A DNA stretch of 61,568 nucleotides, the filler included, from Sluysia triapertura (taxonomy: Eukaryota): NCBI GenBank assembly GCA_046118255.1. It is 4 parts of 4 records of this genome, joined end to end, with 100 filler letters (N's around TTAATTAATTAA, not from the genome) between each part and the next. Parts side by side here need not be neighbours in the genome. Positions count along the whole stretch, not along the records: positions 34,169 to 49,575 come from JBJNIA010229234.1; positions 49,676 to 61,568 come from JBJNIA010159933.1; 2 more parts are not named here. One strand, 5' to 3'. Of the stretch, positions 39,841-51,169 are shown in pieces. The notes beneath the pieces were generated by a model. It did no database searches and was not told the origin of the DNA. It saw only the letters and a program-made list of their open reading frames with translations. The translations under genes and the position numbers were made by a program. Numbering within the stretch: the first letter of the stretch is position 1; every line of letters begins with the position of its first letter.

Positions 39841-39920
39841 ACCAATGTAATTACTTAAGATATGATGTTACATCAGATCTTCTTCCAACTTGGAGAATTA
39901 GTCTTGCTGTTTGATTAATT
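39841..39920 (-). mobile_element. Short L2 LINE fragment
   Basis: Near copy of 38021-38100 (TCTTCCAACTTGGAGAATTAGTCTTGCTGTTTGATTAAT). Confidence 0.8.
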
Positions 39921-40495
39921 ATTAATTGTAATTTTTTCATTTTTCTATATGAAATTGAATGCAAGAAACAATTGTTAAAATCTATGTTATTAGTTATCAA
40001 TGAATGAACAATAGGTTTAGCTTTTTATTTAATAAAAAATATTCGAAAATATGTTTTGTAAATTAAAGTGTTTGTTGTGATATAAATTTTGTAATTTACA
40101 AATGTTTGATGATGACTTGTGATTTTGAATTTTGCTTGAGAAAATAGATATTAATTTTATTTGATATAGTTGAGAGTGTGGATGTACAAGTTGTAGATAG
40201 ATGTAATTGAGCGATTTTCGTAATTTGCGGGTAAAAAATGTTAATAAAAGAAGTTACTGAATTAGAGCAATAAACATTACTGTTATTTGTCAAAGTAGAA
40301 AAATTTGCAGATAATTTATAATCTTAGTGAACGAGATGTTTATCATGTGAATGTAAATTTGGAAAGTATATATTTATGCATTTATAGGAAAAAATAGTAA
40401 TAGTGACTTAAATGAAACTAATCGACGATTAAAATATTCACGTAATTGATATGATAGAAATTTATATGTTCGTATTGCCTATAATAAAATAAAAT

Positions 40496-40582
40496 TGTTA
40501 GACGGTGCTGATAGCATCGAGCTGCGTAACAAGAGGCCCGGATTCGGTTCCCGGTCAGTTCGTTTTATGTAGTAATGTAACA
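40496..40582 (+). mobile_element. tRNA-derived repeat module, copy 6 (deleted)
   Basis: TATAATAAAATAAAAT|TGTTAGACGGTGCTGATAGCATCGAGCTGC...GGATTCGGTTCCCGGTCAGTTCGTTTTATG...GTAACA. Confidence 0.7.
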
Positions 40583-41052
40583 TTTGTCTTCTGGAAATAT
40601 AACTTAATATTACTTTTATCTGAAATTTTACTTTTACATTAATTGACAAAAAATTTATTATTATTTTGGTTGTATTTTTATAACTTTAATTTTTAATTTA
40701 TCATCTAAGTAAATTTTACCTAAATTATGAAATTTACATTCCTTTATAACTTTATTTTTACAAATTTTATTATGTTTCATAAATAAATATAAATTTATTA
40801 TATATTGAATTAACAACGAGTTTTAATGTAATTGATTTATCCGTGTGCATGTCACGAAGTCATGTTGTAGATTTGATTTCTAAATTAAAATAAAAGGGTA
40901 AATTACTAGTTACATGAACAAAAAATAATATTACGTTTTAAGGCAGGATCTCTTTGCGTAGTATTGTACTTCAGACCGATGATTTCATTTGGATCGATTC
41001 AGGTTCATTGAGTTTATAACTTTTATCTGGATTATATGATATAATAATTGTT

Positions 41053-41947
41053 TTATTTGTTTCGAGGATGTATAAATTGATTATAGTTATAATATTTATA
41101 TAAACGTTTAACAAACATGTCGATATCGTTATGCATAATATTGTTCTTCGGTTCACATTGACGTCCAAGTCTTAAATCATCTAATTTCAGCAATTTGTAT
41201 AATGGTCCATCATTGGTAGAGACTTCCAGAGTGATCTTTATTGCATCATGGTGATACAGAATTTCTAGATAATTTGTTCTCCATATTGCATATTTAAACA
41301 TTGATCTAATTGTAATGATAGCTATCGGATTAGGAAAGTGTCTCAGAATTTCATGTTTAAAAAAAACAAAATTACAATTCGTCAAGTTCCATTCCAAACC
41401 ATAGTTAAATTCTAAATTTAACGAACACAATGGAATAGATTCCTAATAAGGATAATCTTTATAAGTACTTGTCGATGGTTGGCTTTTTGAATAAGTAACA
41501 AGACAACACTTTGAAGAACATGGACCACTTTTAATCACTAAAACCATAGCATAAATCAGACATACGTGATTACAACTTATCTTCGCATTGTCGTAAAATC
41601 CAAAATTGTCGTAGATTACGATCATAATTAATTGTAGATCTATGGTAGAAATCATCTAAAATTGGTAAAGAAAACGTCAACGTTGATCGAAATTGATTAT
41701 GCGCTGACATCGATGGTGTTTGATCAGTCGTATTTATTGTGTAAAAATCACTTCGATCTTTATGGTAAGTATCCATAACAAATTGATCTATGGGATCAAA
41801 TTTCACTAATTTCTGAACACTGTCAAGTAAATAATTACGCTGAAATTCTGAAATGTAAGAATTATTTATACCCACCATGGGATCTCTTGTTGGTTTCATA
41901 TATGAAGTAATTAATAGAATAAAAGAGTCGTGCAATTCCATACGCAT
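41053..41947 (-). pseudogene. Disrupted ORF of about 300 codons, unknown family, with a PAN/Apple-like Cys motif
   Basis: Three ORF-track pieces chain together: 41570..41947, frameshift, 41443..41655, in-frame TAG, 41053..41430. KISCNHVC with LCYGFS in the adjacent frame and downstream KCCLV. Confidence 0.5.
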
Positions 41948-42223
41948 TTGACGTCAATAGTACTTATTAAAATTTTCACAAAATAACAATTTTTCAAAAA
42001 TGTGACATTACTTTAAAAATTTGAGTATAAGCTTGATGCGAAAATGCGTCCAATCAGGAGTTGTAAAAATCAATGATCAGTGTAATGAAAATTAAAAATA
42101 GAAATGATTAAGTGATGAGCCAAAATCAGTGTTGACATGCATTTATATACATTAATCAGCAATTTTGATATTACTAATTTTGATATGTAAAATTATAAAG
42201 TTCAATACCAATAATAACAACAA

Positions 42224-42225
<2 letters not shown>

Positions 42226-42275
<50 letters not shown>

Positions 42276-42295
42276 TAATTAATTAATTAATTAAA
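42226..42295. repeat. (ATT)n then (TTAA)n simple repeat
   Basis: Visible runs. Confidence 0.9.
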
Positions 42296-42299
42296 TACA

Positions 42300-43200
42300 A
42301 AATTTAAAAATTACATAAATTCTCTAAAATTTACATGACCTTTCTTTACTTTTCTTTGTATTTCTTGACATATTTTGAATCTAAAAATGATTAATTTGAG
42401 TGTAATAACAATAATGACAAGAGAAACGATGTTATAGTTATTATTGTTATTAAACTGCATAAACTCTTGGATTCTCTAAAATCTGTACATAATCTTACTT
42501 TAAATCCTTTAGAATTCTAAACATATTGCAATACATTTAAACATATTTGAAACTAAAAATCTTTAAGTAAAGGTTGGTTTAAGTGAGTTTTACATACGTA
42601 ATTAACGTTTCAAGATATGATAGCAGTTCTTATGCTATGCAGTAAAATGTAGAACGCTAGATTGAATTTTTAGATGGTGTCTAATGTTTTTGACTGAAAG
42701 TAATATTTGAATATTGGAAGATTGTGGCCATAAGATACATTGAGAAGAGTGTGGTTTAGTGAATGTGAAAGAGATAAATTATAGTCCAACTCTTAGTATG
42801 TTCGAAAGGTGATTGTACAATGTTGATAATGTGATTTGATCTCTTTCTATTTATAAGTGGTATAGTCTTTTGTGCTGTTAGGGATTATATGATAACAAAT
42901 GATGAATTTAAAATGTTGTAATTGATTTTAAGGTGTCGGGTGGATACTTTCGAATGTAGTTGTAGTTTGGTTGTTATGAATGTCGAATACAATATTTTTG
43001 ATGGATCTGTTCATGTAAATTGATGGTATTGGATGTAATTGTGGTTTGTATGTTATGGGAATGTGGATATGAATTAACTTTGGCAGATGAACTATTTTAG
43101 TGAGTGTAGAGAAGGTAAATATATGAATGTTGAAATGCTTAAAATTTTTATAAAATTTAATATTAGTGAAGGTTAAGGACTTAATTTACATTAACTTTTG
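42300..43200 (-). mobile_element. Strand-skewed dispersed repeat, homologous to 47025-47880
   Basis: Reverse complement shares CGAACATAC.AA.AGTT.GACTATAA.TTATCT and AAGAGTTTATGCA.TTT blocks with 47500-47850. Confidence 0.6.
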
Positions 43201-43331
43201 TTTCAAAAAATTAACATAAATATCCTTTGATTTATTATATATATACAAAAATTTAATTACAATATATACATTATTATCATAAATAATACTCAAAATAAGA
43301 ATACACATAACTCACATTAAAATAACTTTTT

Positions 43332-43706
43332 TCAAAACTTTCCACAATCATAGAGCATCATTAGATTGGTAGTCGAAGATTCAAGATAGCTGTTAATCAA
43401 ATATTTTCTGCGACACAAGATTCGTGGCAATAATATTTCTGACATGATTATGAACATTGAAACTTTACGTAAAATAATAACATTTGACATGTCAAAGTAA
43501 TCGAACGAATGTCTGTTTCTGTATAAACTATGAGTTTGATGGTATTCCTTATATACATTTAAATCGTTTACTTCATTAATTATATAATAAGCTACTTCTT
43601 TATGGTTTAGAACAACACAAACATCATACTTAATTGTTTCATAAATAGTATGCATTGGTTCAAAACTCATTTTGTAACAAATTATAAAGCTGCAGTCAGA
43701 AGGCAT
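43332..43706 (-). CDS. Hypothetical 124-aa ORF, possibly a degenerate member of the dispersed family
   Basis: ORF track; YFDMSNVIILRKVS resembles IIDMSNHITKKVP of 56267..56644. Confidence 0.25.
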   Translation of the reverse strand: MPSDCSFIICYKMSFEPMHTIYETIKYDVCVVLNHKEVAYYIINEVNDLNVYKEYHQTHSLYRNRHSFDYFDMSNVIILRKVSMFIIMSEILLPRILCRRKYLINSYLESSTTNLMMLYDCGKF

Positions 43707-43799
43707 GAAATTTTTAAATGTGGATTCTAAAATTTTGAAAGATACCTAATTATACAACTTTATTTTAGCTACTTGATGCGTTGCGGTAAAATAACTTAG

Positions 43800-44329
43800 T
43801 TACTTACAATTGTAAGTAACACAATACAAGTAAATAATTAAACATGAATCGCATGCATAACAAGAATTACATAAATGTGTCTTTAAGTGTGTACGGATTT
43901 CTTTTTCTGTCTTGAATTTTAGCATCAAATTCATCAACTTGTCTTTGTAAAGTTAATAAAGTAATATTTTTTTTTCATTTGAATGATTACGGTGTTGCAT
44001 GTGATTAACTCGTCTTTTTAATTGCTGAATTTCACATTCTTGTTTATACATAATTTCTTGATATTTCAGTTCATTTTCTTCTAGTGCTTCTTCTGGTATT
44101 TCTTTTTATACTATAGATAGTAGAGAGTTATGAAGAAGTGAGAATGAGGAAAAGATTTATGGTAGAGAGTTAAGAGATATTTTTTTAAATTGTTTTTATA
44201 GAAATTTCATTGTTTAAATTTTGAATTTTTATTGTGAGGATTTTAAATTAAGATTTAATGTATAAAATTATATAGCTGTTATGCGGTTGCTCAGTGGAAA
44301 ATTTTGAATGAATAAGTTGGGTCACCACA
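43800..44329 (-). mobile_element. LTR-like repeat starting TGTGGTGACCCAAC
   Basis: TG start shared with 53058(-), 54386(-), 47025(+); body shares AATGAAATTTC...CTTAA...ACCATAA.TCTTTTCCT with 54190-54260. Confidence 0.6.
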
Positions 44330-45190
44330 AGCACATTATCCAGGCATTGATGGCTGCCAAATCTAAGATGTTTTAAAAAACTTGAAGGGAATCCTGTTTT
44401 CATGCTATATTTCTATTCCACAAAATGCAATTGTTCGGCATGTTTTTATTTTGACATTTCTGTGCTTAGAGCTAAACAACACATTTTCATTTGGTAAAGT
44501 TCCCATGGGAGTTTTTTTCAAGAGAAATATCTGTGAAAACGTTGTCTTTTCATAAATATGGGAGGCCAACATTCGATGCCAAATTTATCGAGTTTTGCTT
44601 GGAAACAATTGTTAATCAATTCTAAGTTTGGCTAGCTATTTTTGATAAATTTGTTCGGTTTTTAATCATTGATTTCGTTGGTTCCATGAACTTGTCTCTC
44701 TATATTGTGAAAAATACAGCTTATATTTCTTCGACCATGCGCTCCTCGGACACACTAAGTCGTCAGAAAACTTGTAATCAACCAATTATCTTTCAAAACT
44801 TTATGCGCCTCTATTTCAGCACATATTTTGTGTATTTAATCATAACACTTTCAATTATTAGTTCAAAAGCGTTCCTTACATTCTCCAGCATAATATTTCT
44901 TTTTGTAAACGAAGTTCGACATTAATGTTTCTATAAAGCTATATCAACAAAGCGTTCGATAGAATTTTCTTCATAGTTTATATTTTTCTATTTCTAATAC
45001 TACACATTTTAATTCTTTCGCGGTAGGTATTGCGATGACTCTCTTTTCTATTGTCGCCAGAATCTTAAATTTCCTTAAATTATGAATCTTAAAATTATAT
45101 TATTTTCTGATATGTCATGAGATCATCTAACTGGACGATTATATTAATTAGACCTTTAAACTGGAATGGTTCATCTGATGCCATAGAAGT
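44330..45190 (-). mobile_element. Degenerate piggyBac (PGBD4-like) transposase
   Basis: Ordered relic motifs TSFTKRNIMLENVRNAFELII, EAHKVLKDNW, ID*QLFPSK, DKFGIECW, DNVFTDISL, NVLFSSKH, QVF*NILDLAAINAWIM. Confidence 0.85.
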
Positions 45191-45536
45191 TGTGTCTGCG
45201 TAATTAACAATGTTATTAAATACTTTATTTTTTCAAATTTAATAAGATAGGCTTAAAATTTTATTTTTATTTTATACACTGTTTCAAATTTAACATAGCA
45301 TTCCGCATTCAAACATTATTCTTAATTATTATTCTGGTAGTTCTTTTTGCTTAACATGCAAAATAAAAGATTTTCTTACAGTGAGTCCACCAACGTATTA
45401 GTCTTACTGCTTAGGGCTAACCGTTGGGTTTGAATGAAAAATCTTTAAATGGAGGTCAAAATTTTACTCAATTACTAAGGCTTAATTGCTCAGATTAATT
45501 TAAAAATAATTGAACACAAAATTCCTTATAAATGAT

Positions 45537-46429
45537 AAGTTTACGATAAATCCCATTAGAAGGATTTGTGATTAGTTATGATTTAACGAATCCGAATACA
45601 ATTCAGAAAAAAGTTTTTATTCAAAATGATTTATAATTTTACTATAGATTCGTTAATTGAATCTTTTGTTACTAAACATCAAACTCAAAAATAATTCACT
45701 AAGGTATATTATGAAATTAAATAAAATTGTATACAAACTAAGTGTAATATAATATTTTTCGATATTAACTGATGAGTTAATAAAAACGTGTTATTTGTTT
45801 TAAGAAAATGATTTTTCGTACTCTTGAAAAGTACAAGAAACTAATAAAACAATTTTAGGGTCTGTCCTAATTATAAAATTTCTTCCAAATTGAAAACTCC
45901 TGAGAAATACTTTAGACAAAACTTTATTGAATAGTTTATTTGGGTTTCTTGTTAAACGAAAGCTCATATGATAAAGATGTTAGGATTGATTTGTAATTTG
46001 TGAATATTTTAATACAAAAATCACTTGGTATTAAGTTACGATAAATCCCATTAGAAGGATTTGTGAAAAAAATTCGGAAAAAACTTTTTATTCAAAATAA
46101 TTTATAATTTTACGATAGATTCGTTAATGGAATCTTTTGTTACTAAACATCAAACTCAAAAATAATTCACTAAGGTATATTATGAAATTATATAAAATTG
46201 TATACAAATTAAGTGTAATATGATAATATTTTTCGATATGAGTTAATTAAAATGTGTTATTTGTTTTAAAAAATGATTTTACGATAGAATCATTAAATTT
46301 TTCAAGAAAATGATTTTACGTACTCTTGAAAAGTACAAGAAACTTATAAAAATAAACTAATGAAACCATTTTAGCGTCTGTCCCAATTATAAAATTTCTT
46401 CCAAATTGAAATACTTTAGACAAAACTTG
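45537..46429 (+). repeat. Tandem duplication, two copies of about 390 bp (45537-45925, 46033-46429)
   Basis: Long identical blocks, e.g. TTACGATAAATCCCATTAGAAGGATTTGTGA and GAATCTTTTGTTACTAAACATCAAACTCAAAAATAATTCACTAAGGTATATTATGAAATTA. Confidence 0.93.
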
Positions 46430-46854
46430 TGCGTTATTGCATTTAAACTAAATCTATTTATATTAATTTTAGTCGTGCTTGACGACTTTGGACAAACAAA
46501 ATTTTTTATTAATTTATAATTTTTTGATTTTAAAGTTTAAAGTTTCAAATGAAAAGTTTATCAAAAAAATATCTAAAATTTAAAAGTTTAAAATTAAAAA
46601 TACTTACACTTTTTAATAATAAATAATTTAACATTATAAATAAAATTAAAAATACTTACAATAAATAATTTATCCAAATTGAAATAAAATAATGTTCAAT
46701 AGAATTATAATAATGTAATAAATCAATAAATTTGTATAACAGCAATAATAGTCAAGATTCTAATAATAGGAATTGTAAATTGAACTATTAATCAGTGTGT
46801 GTACAACAATTCTTAAATGTTTAATTAATTAATCTCTTTTTATACTTCATCATG

Positions 46855-46945
46855 TTTCATATTTAAAGGTTTTTGTTAGGTTCTAAAGTTATTTATTAGT
46901 TTATAAGGCATTCAGAAAGCTCAAAATGTTTTCACCTTCACCATA
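46855..46945 (+). repeat. Dispersed repeat shared with 21015-21105
   Basis: TTTAAAGGTTTT.TT..GGTTCTAAA...ATGTTTTCACCTTCACC in both. Confidence 0.75.
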
Positions 46946-47024
46946 CTAGATTTATCCTTAATATCAATAACAATGATTTCCCAGATATTTTCTAGATTTT
47001 AAATACTTTATAAGGTTACAAAAG

Positions 47025-47880
47025 TGTGATGGCCAACATATTACCTTAACAAATTTTATTAAAAGTTTATATTTCATATTTCCCAAAAATTCATCAAAAA
47101 CATTCTTTTTACATAAGTTTTTGCCAATATAATACTCACTCTCAAAATCTATAACTCACATTTTCAAATTCACAACTAATACAAAAATAATTAAAATCAT
47201 ACTCGTTTCAACATCACACAACAACCTTGTAAAATTATACCTTAATTATTTTCACATTCAAATCTGCAATCTCATAACATACAATACCATCAATTTACAT
47301 TAAGTGATTTATCAAAAATATTTTATTCGACATTTCACAACAATCAAACTACAACCACATGCGAAATTAACTACCAGACACCTTCAAAATAATTCACACA
47401 TTCTAAATTCATCATCTGCATCATTCAATTCTCAACATCACATAAAGATATCACTACTTAAACATATCAAGAAAATAAATCACATTTTTAACATTCTATA
47501 AGCATCTTGCGAACATACCAAAAGTTAGACTATAACTTATCTACATCCCTATAAACTACATCCTTATAACTCACGATCTATTAACATTTTCAGCTAGAAA
47601 CATTATTTCATTTGGAACATTAGGCTGAATTATCTAAAATTCATGCAAAACTAGAAAACAGCAGTTAAAATTTATATTAAAACGCCTTACGCATTATCTA
47701 ACATCTTTAACCCGTAACATCACAAACTCACAATTCTGTAAGGTTCATTTGTTTTTACAAGTTTAATATGTTCAGAAATGCAAGAGATTCAAAAGACAGA
47801 TCATGTTAATTTAGAAAACAAAGAGTTTATGCATTTTTAGGATAATAATAATAACTTTTTGTTATTATTAAATTACAATG
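47025..47880 (+). mobile_element. LTR-like repeat starting TGTGATGGCCAAC
   Basis: Terminal motif shared with other copies; C/A-rich body homologous to 42300-43200(-). Confidence 0.55.
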
Positions 47881-48103
47881 ATTAAATTACAATGACAGTC
47901 AATATCACCACTGATAGTGGTTCACACATCAAGCATTCTTTTATGCGTTTCTATTGGCCATCAAACCAGAACAAGTATTACTGTTGTTTTCATTTCAATG
48001 CCTCTGGTTGGATGACCAATCAATAATCACTTTATCTCAAAAGATTTTCGTCATCACAATTTTCATTCAAATAAATCATGTTAAAAATATTTTAACGACA
48101 GTA

Positions 48104-48561
48104 ATGGAATTTCTACAAGATATTACATCTGACCTTTCTGAAACTCGGTATGTATTTATCGAAAAAATCTGTATAGGTGCCTTTGGTACAGTATAGAAAG
48201 TGAAGGATAAATTTAATTCTCAATATTATGTTATTAAAAAGATTCGAAATTCGTTTAAAAGAAAAATAACTTTAATTAGAAGTATACGCGAGATTAAAAC
48301 TATAAATCATTTCAACCATCCAAACATTATTAATAGTATTGATATATTTCTTAAACAAACTTCTAATTTAAATGAAAAATTTGATGTCTACCTAGTATTT
48401 AATTTAATGGAAACAGATTTGCATCGTGTAATATCATCTAAACAAGAATTTTCTAACAATCGTATTAATTATTTTATGTATCAAATATTTTGTGGCCTTA
48501 ATTACATTCATTCATCTGCAATGATTCCAAGAACTTGAAATCTGCTAATATTCTTGTGTAG
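48104..48561 (+). pseudogene. MAP kinase pseudogene, ERK5/MAPK7-like, subdomains I-VIb only
   Basis: YVFIEKICIGAFGTV*KVK...IKKIRNSF...RSIREIKTINHFNHPNII...VYLVFNLMETDLHRVI...YFMYQIFCGLNYIHSS. In-frame TAG at 48194-48196, HRD destroyed by a frameshift, LKSANILV in the shifted frame, then homology stops; no introns. Confidence 0.88.
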
Positions 48562-49575
48562 ATATTAAAAAGTAAAAACAATGAATATTTGTTAATTTGT
48601 AAATAAACTTAAAATAATTAATTAGTACAAATATTTAATTAATTAGTGCAAATTTTGTTAGATAATTGTAGTATTTAATTAAATAGTGCAAATATTGTTA
48701 GATAATTGTAAAATTAGATAAACAAGTTTTATGTACCAAGAAATTAGATAAAACGTTATTAAAATAATTTTATCTTTATAAAAAATTAATGTCTACATTT
48801 AAAGTAATTAGATAAAAAACAATTATTGTCTATATTAAAAGATAAATAAAATAATTATAATTTTTATTAAAATATTATCTTTTTATCGTCTGAAACACCA
48901 GTATAAATAGCTTATGGTTACTGAAGAATAACACACGTAACACAAAAATTTCAAAATTTAAAACACAAATATAATTTTTAAAATATTTTGGAGGATAAAC
49001 TTACCGTAACACGACCTGTTTATTTGGAAATTGTTGGTTCATTCGGAAATCCTTGATTCATTTGGAAATTATCGGTTCTTTGGAAAATTATTGGTTCGAT
49101 TGGAAATTACTGGACAGTTCATTTGAAGAAGTTATTGGAAAAGAATTAATTGGTGAATTCGTATCAAATCCTAGTGTGCCAGATTGCTGTTTATAGAAAA
49201 AATTCATTTGGACCAATTGTTAATTACCTTAAGCTATTTTTAATAAGTTTACACACAGTAATCACTGTATTAAAATACACTCAAACTATTACCATATTTT
49301 AACATACCCAAGTATTCACCTGGGTTAAAATCATTTCTAAAATCATCAATATTTTTATTTAACAGAAATCTTATATTATTAAATTATTTATTGTATATTA
49401 TCACTTTTGTAAATTATTTTGCTTTATTTGTTTGTGTAACATTATAAACTACTCTTTTTGTATTATTTGTATATCGTGATTGAATTAATAAACCTTCGTA
49501 GAGTACAGTCGTACTGTGTGTATAATCTTTTGATTTATTAAAGAATAAGTTAGGGACATATATAAAGAGACCCTC
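48557..49575 (+). mobile_element. Possible LTR inserted into the MAPK pseudogene
   Basis: Begins TGTAGATA exactly where kinase homology ends; internal tandem repeats, TATAAATA at 48902, AATAAA near 49487; runs into a gap so the 3' CA is not seen. Confidence 0.4.
49022..49116. repeat. 19-bp minisatellite, 5 copies
   Basis: ATTTGGAAATTGTTGGTTC / ATTCGGAAATCCTTGATTC / ATTTGGAAATTATCGGTTC / TTTGGAAAATTATTGGTTC / GATTGGAAATTACTGGACA. Confidence 0.9.
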
Positions 49576-49675
49576 NNNNNNNNNNNNNNNNNNNNNNNNN
49601 NNNNNNNNNNNNNNNNNNNTTAATTAATTAANNNNNNNNNNNNNNNNNNNNNNNNNNNNNNNNNNNNNNNNNNNN
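49576..49675. other. Assembly gap with TTAATTAATTAA spacer
   Basis: Spacer at 49620-49631. Confidence 0.98.
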
Positions 49676-51169
49676 TGTACTCTAAATTAATGTATTGTTT
49701 CTATTTTATTGTTTTAATATATTGATTTTATTAAATTATTTTGTTTATTGTAATTGATATGTTAATGTAATAAACAACAATTTAATAAAGCTTGAATAAT
49801 AAAATCGATTTTGATTTATTATTTTAATATTGCATATTCATTTAAATATAAATTTATTCGAATATTAAGTACAAATTTAAAATTAGAGATATTATTGACT
49901 GATACACACCAGTCAGTTTGACTTGTTTGGTTATTAGCCTTTATTATATTTAAATAATAAGAAATATAAAATATTGATAAAATGTAAAAGGATTAATAAA
50001 ATAATGTTGTTAGGTTTATCTTTTTTGACCTAACCTTTAAGCAAAATGTGTATTAATGAGTTTGCCTACAAGACACGTTTTACGTATTATTCAACGTTCC
50101 TATAGGATTTACTATGAACTATGATTTTTTACTATGAGGTATATTATTCAAAATTCAAAGTTTGAGTAACTACAAATTTACGAAATAATTAAATGTGTAT
50201 AATATATATTTAGCGAGAAAATACAGAATGATTTTAAAAGGAGAGATATATTTTAAAATTAAGATATAATAATAATTTATTTTAGGAAATCTCCAAATAA
50301 CAATGAATCAGATAAAGAAAAACTAAAATCGATATATTATGGTTATAAAATATTATGATAGTTACTAAATAATGAATTTATACATATGTAGCAAGTAATG
50401 CTCACTGTCATAATGTTATATATTTTTTAATGTTGATTCATAATGTTATATATTTTAATTCTGGAATGATGTTAAAATAATTTTAATATCATTAGTATTA
50501 AAAAATTACTGTGATTATAGTGCTTTTGTATTAATTTACAGTAAGATAATAAAAATTAGATTACATAAAGATAGTATAAATTAAAAATTTAGTAACAAAT
50601 AACAATCAATTTTAAATTGAAATTGTATAAATAATCATTTTAAAGTGAGATTGTTGAATACTATGTTACCTTTATTCCATTTATTTTGTGTTACTTATTT
50701 TAATGTTATGAAAGACTTATTGGATGATATGTTACACTTATTTGAATTTAAAATTGTGAAACATTTCTGAAAAAGTTATTTTATTTGATACTTGAAGTAT
50801 ATTTAAGTTTATACTAAATGTTGCACATTCGTTTGGTGAAGATGTAATTTATAATAAGATCTTTAGAGTTACAAGAAGTTTACATATGAAAATGTTAAGC
50901 AAAATTATGATGCGCTTAGTTAGGCTTGGGTGATGAACAATAAATAACTATTAAAATTTTATTTATTAAATTACGAGAATATTTACATATGAAAACTTCG
51001 CATATCCGATTAATTATTATTAGATTAAAGTTATTAAAATTGATGACATCACGAAACTTCATTAAAAAACTTTTATTAAACAAAACTAAGAATAAAAGTA
51101 TGACTAATATAGTTTATGAATAAAAAAATAATATAACAAGACGATTCATAACAAAAATAAATGTGCTTT

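Noticed and set aside
39660-39845. ORF-track protein MVVNK...GGRKFSNY
   Set aside because: Wrong frame; the real exon is in another frame ([10 protein letters not shown]...).
41300-41600. Alternative genetic code (TAA/TAG read as Gln), suggested by many in-frame stops here and in the MAPK
   Set aside because: GPR137 and kinase exons contain no in-frame TAA/TAG and use CAA/CAG for Gln; the stop-containing loci also have frameshifts, so they are decayed.
41443-41655. DEG/ENaC thumb-domain assignment for the Cys motif
   Set aside because: The Cys spacing is too compressed and no flanking transmembrane or GxS motif is seen; PAN/Apple-like fits better, though it is also unproven.
49022-49116. 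CRISPR-like array
   Set aside because: The 19-bp units are contiguous with no unique spacers, no cas genes are present and the context is eukaryotic.
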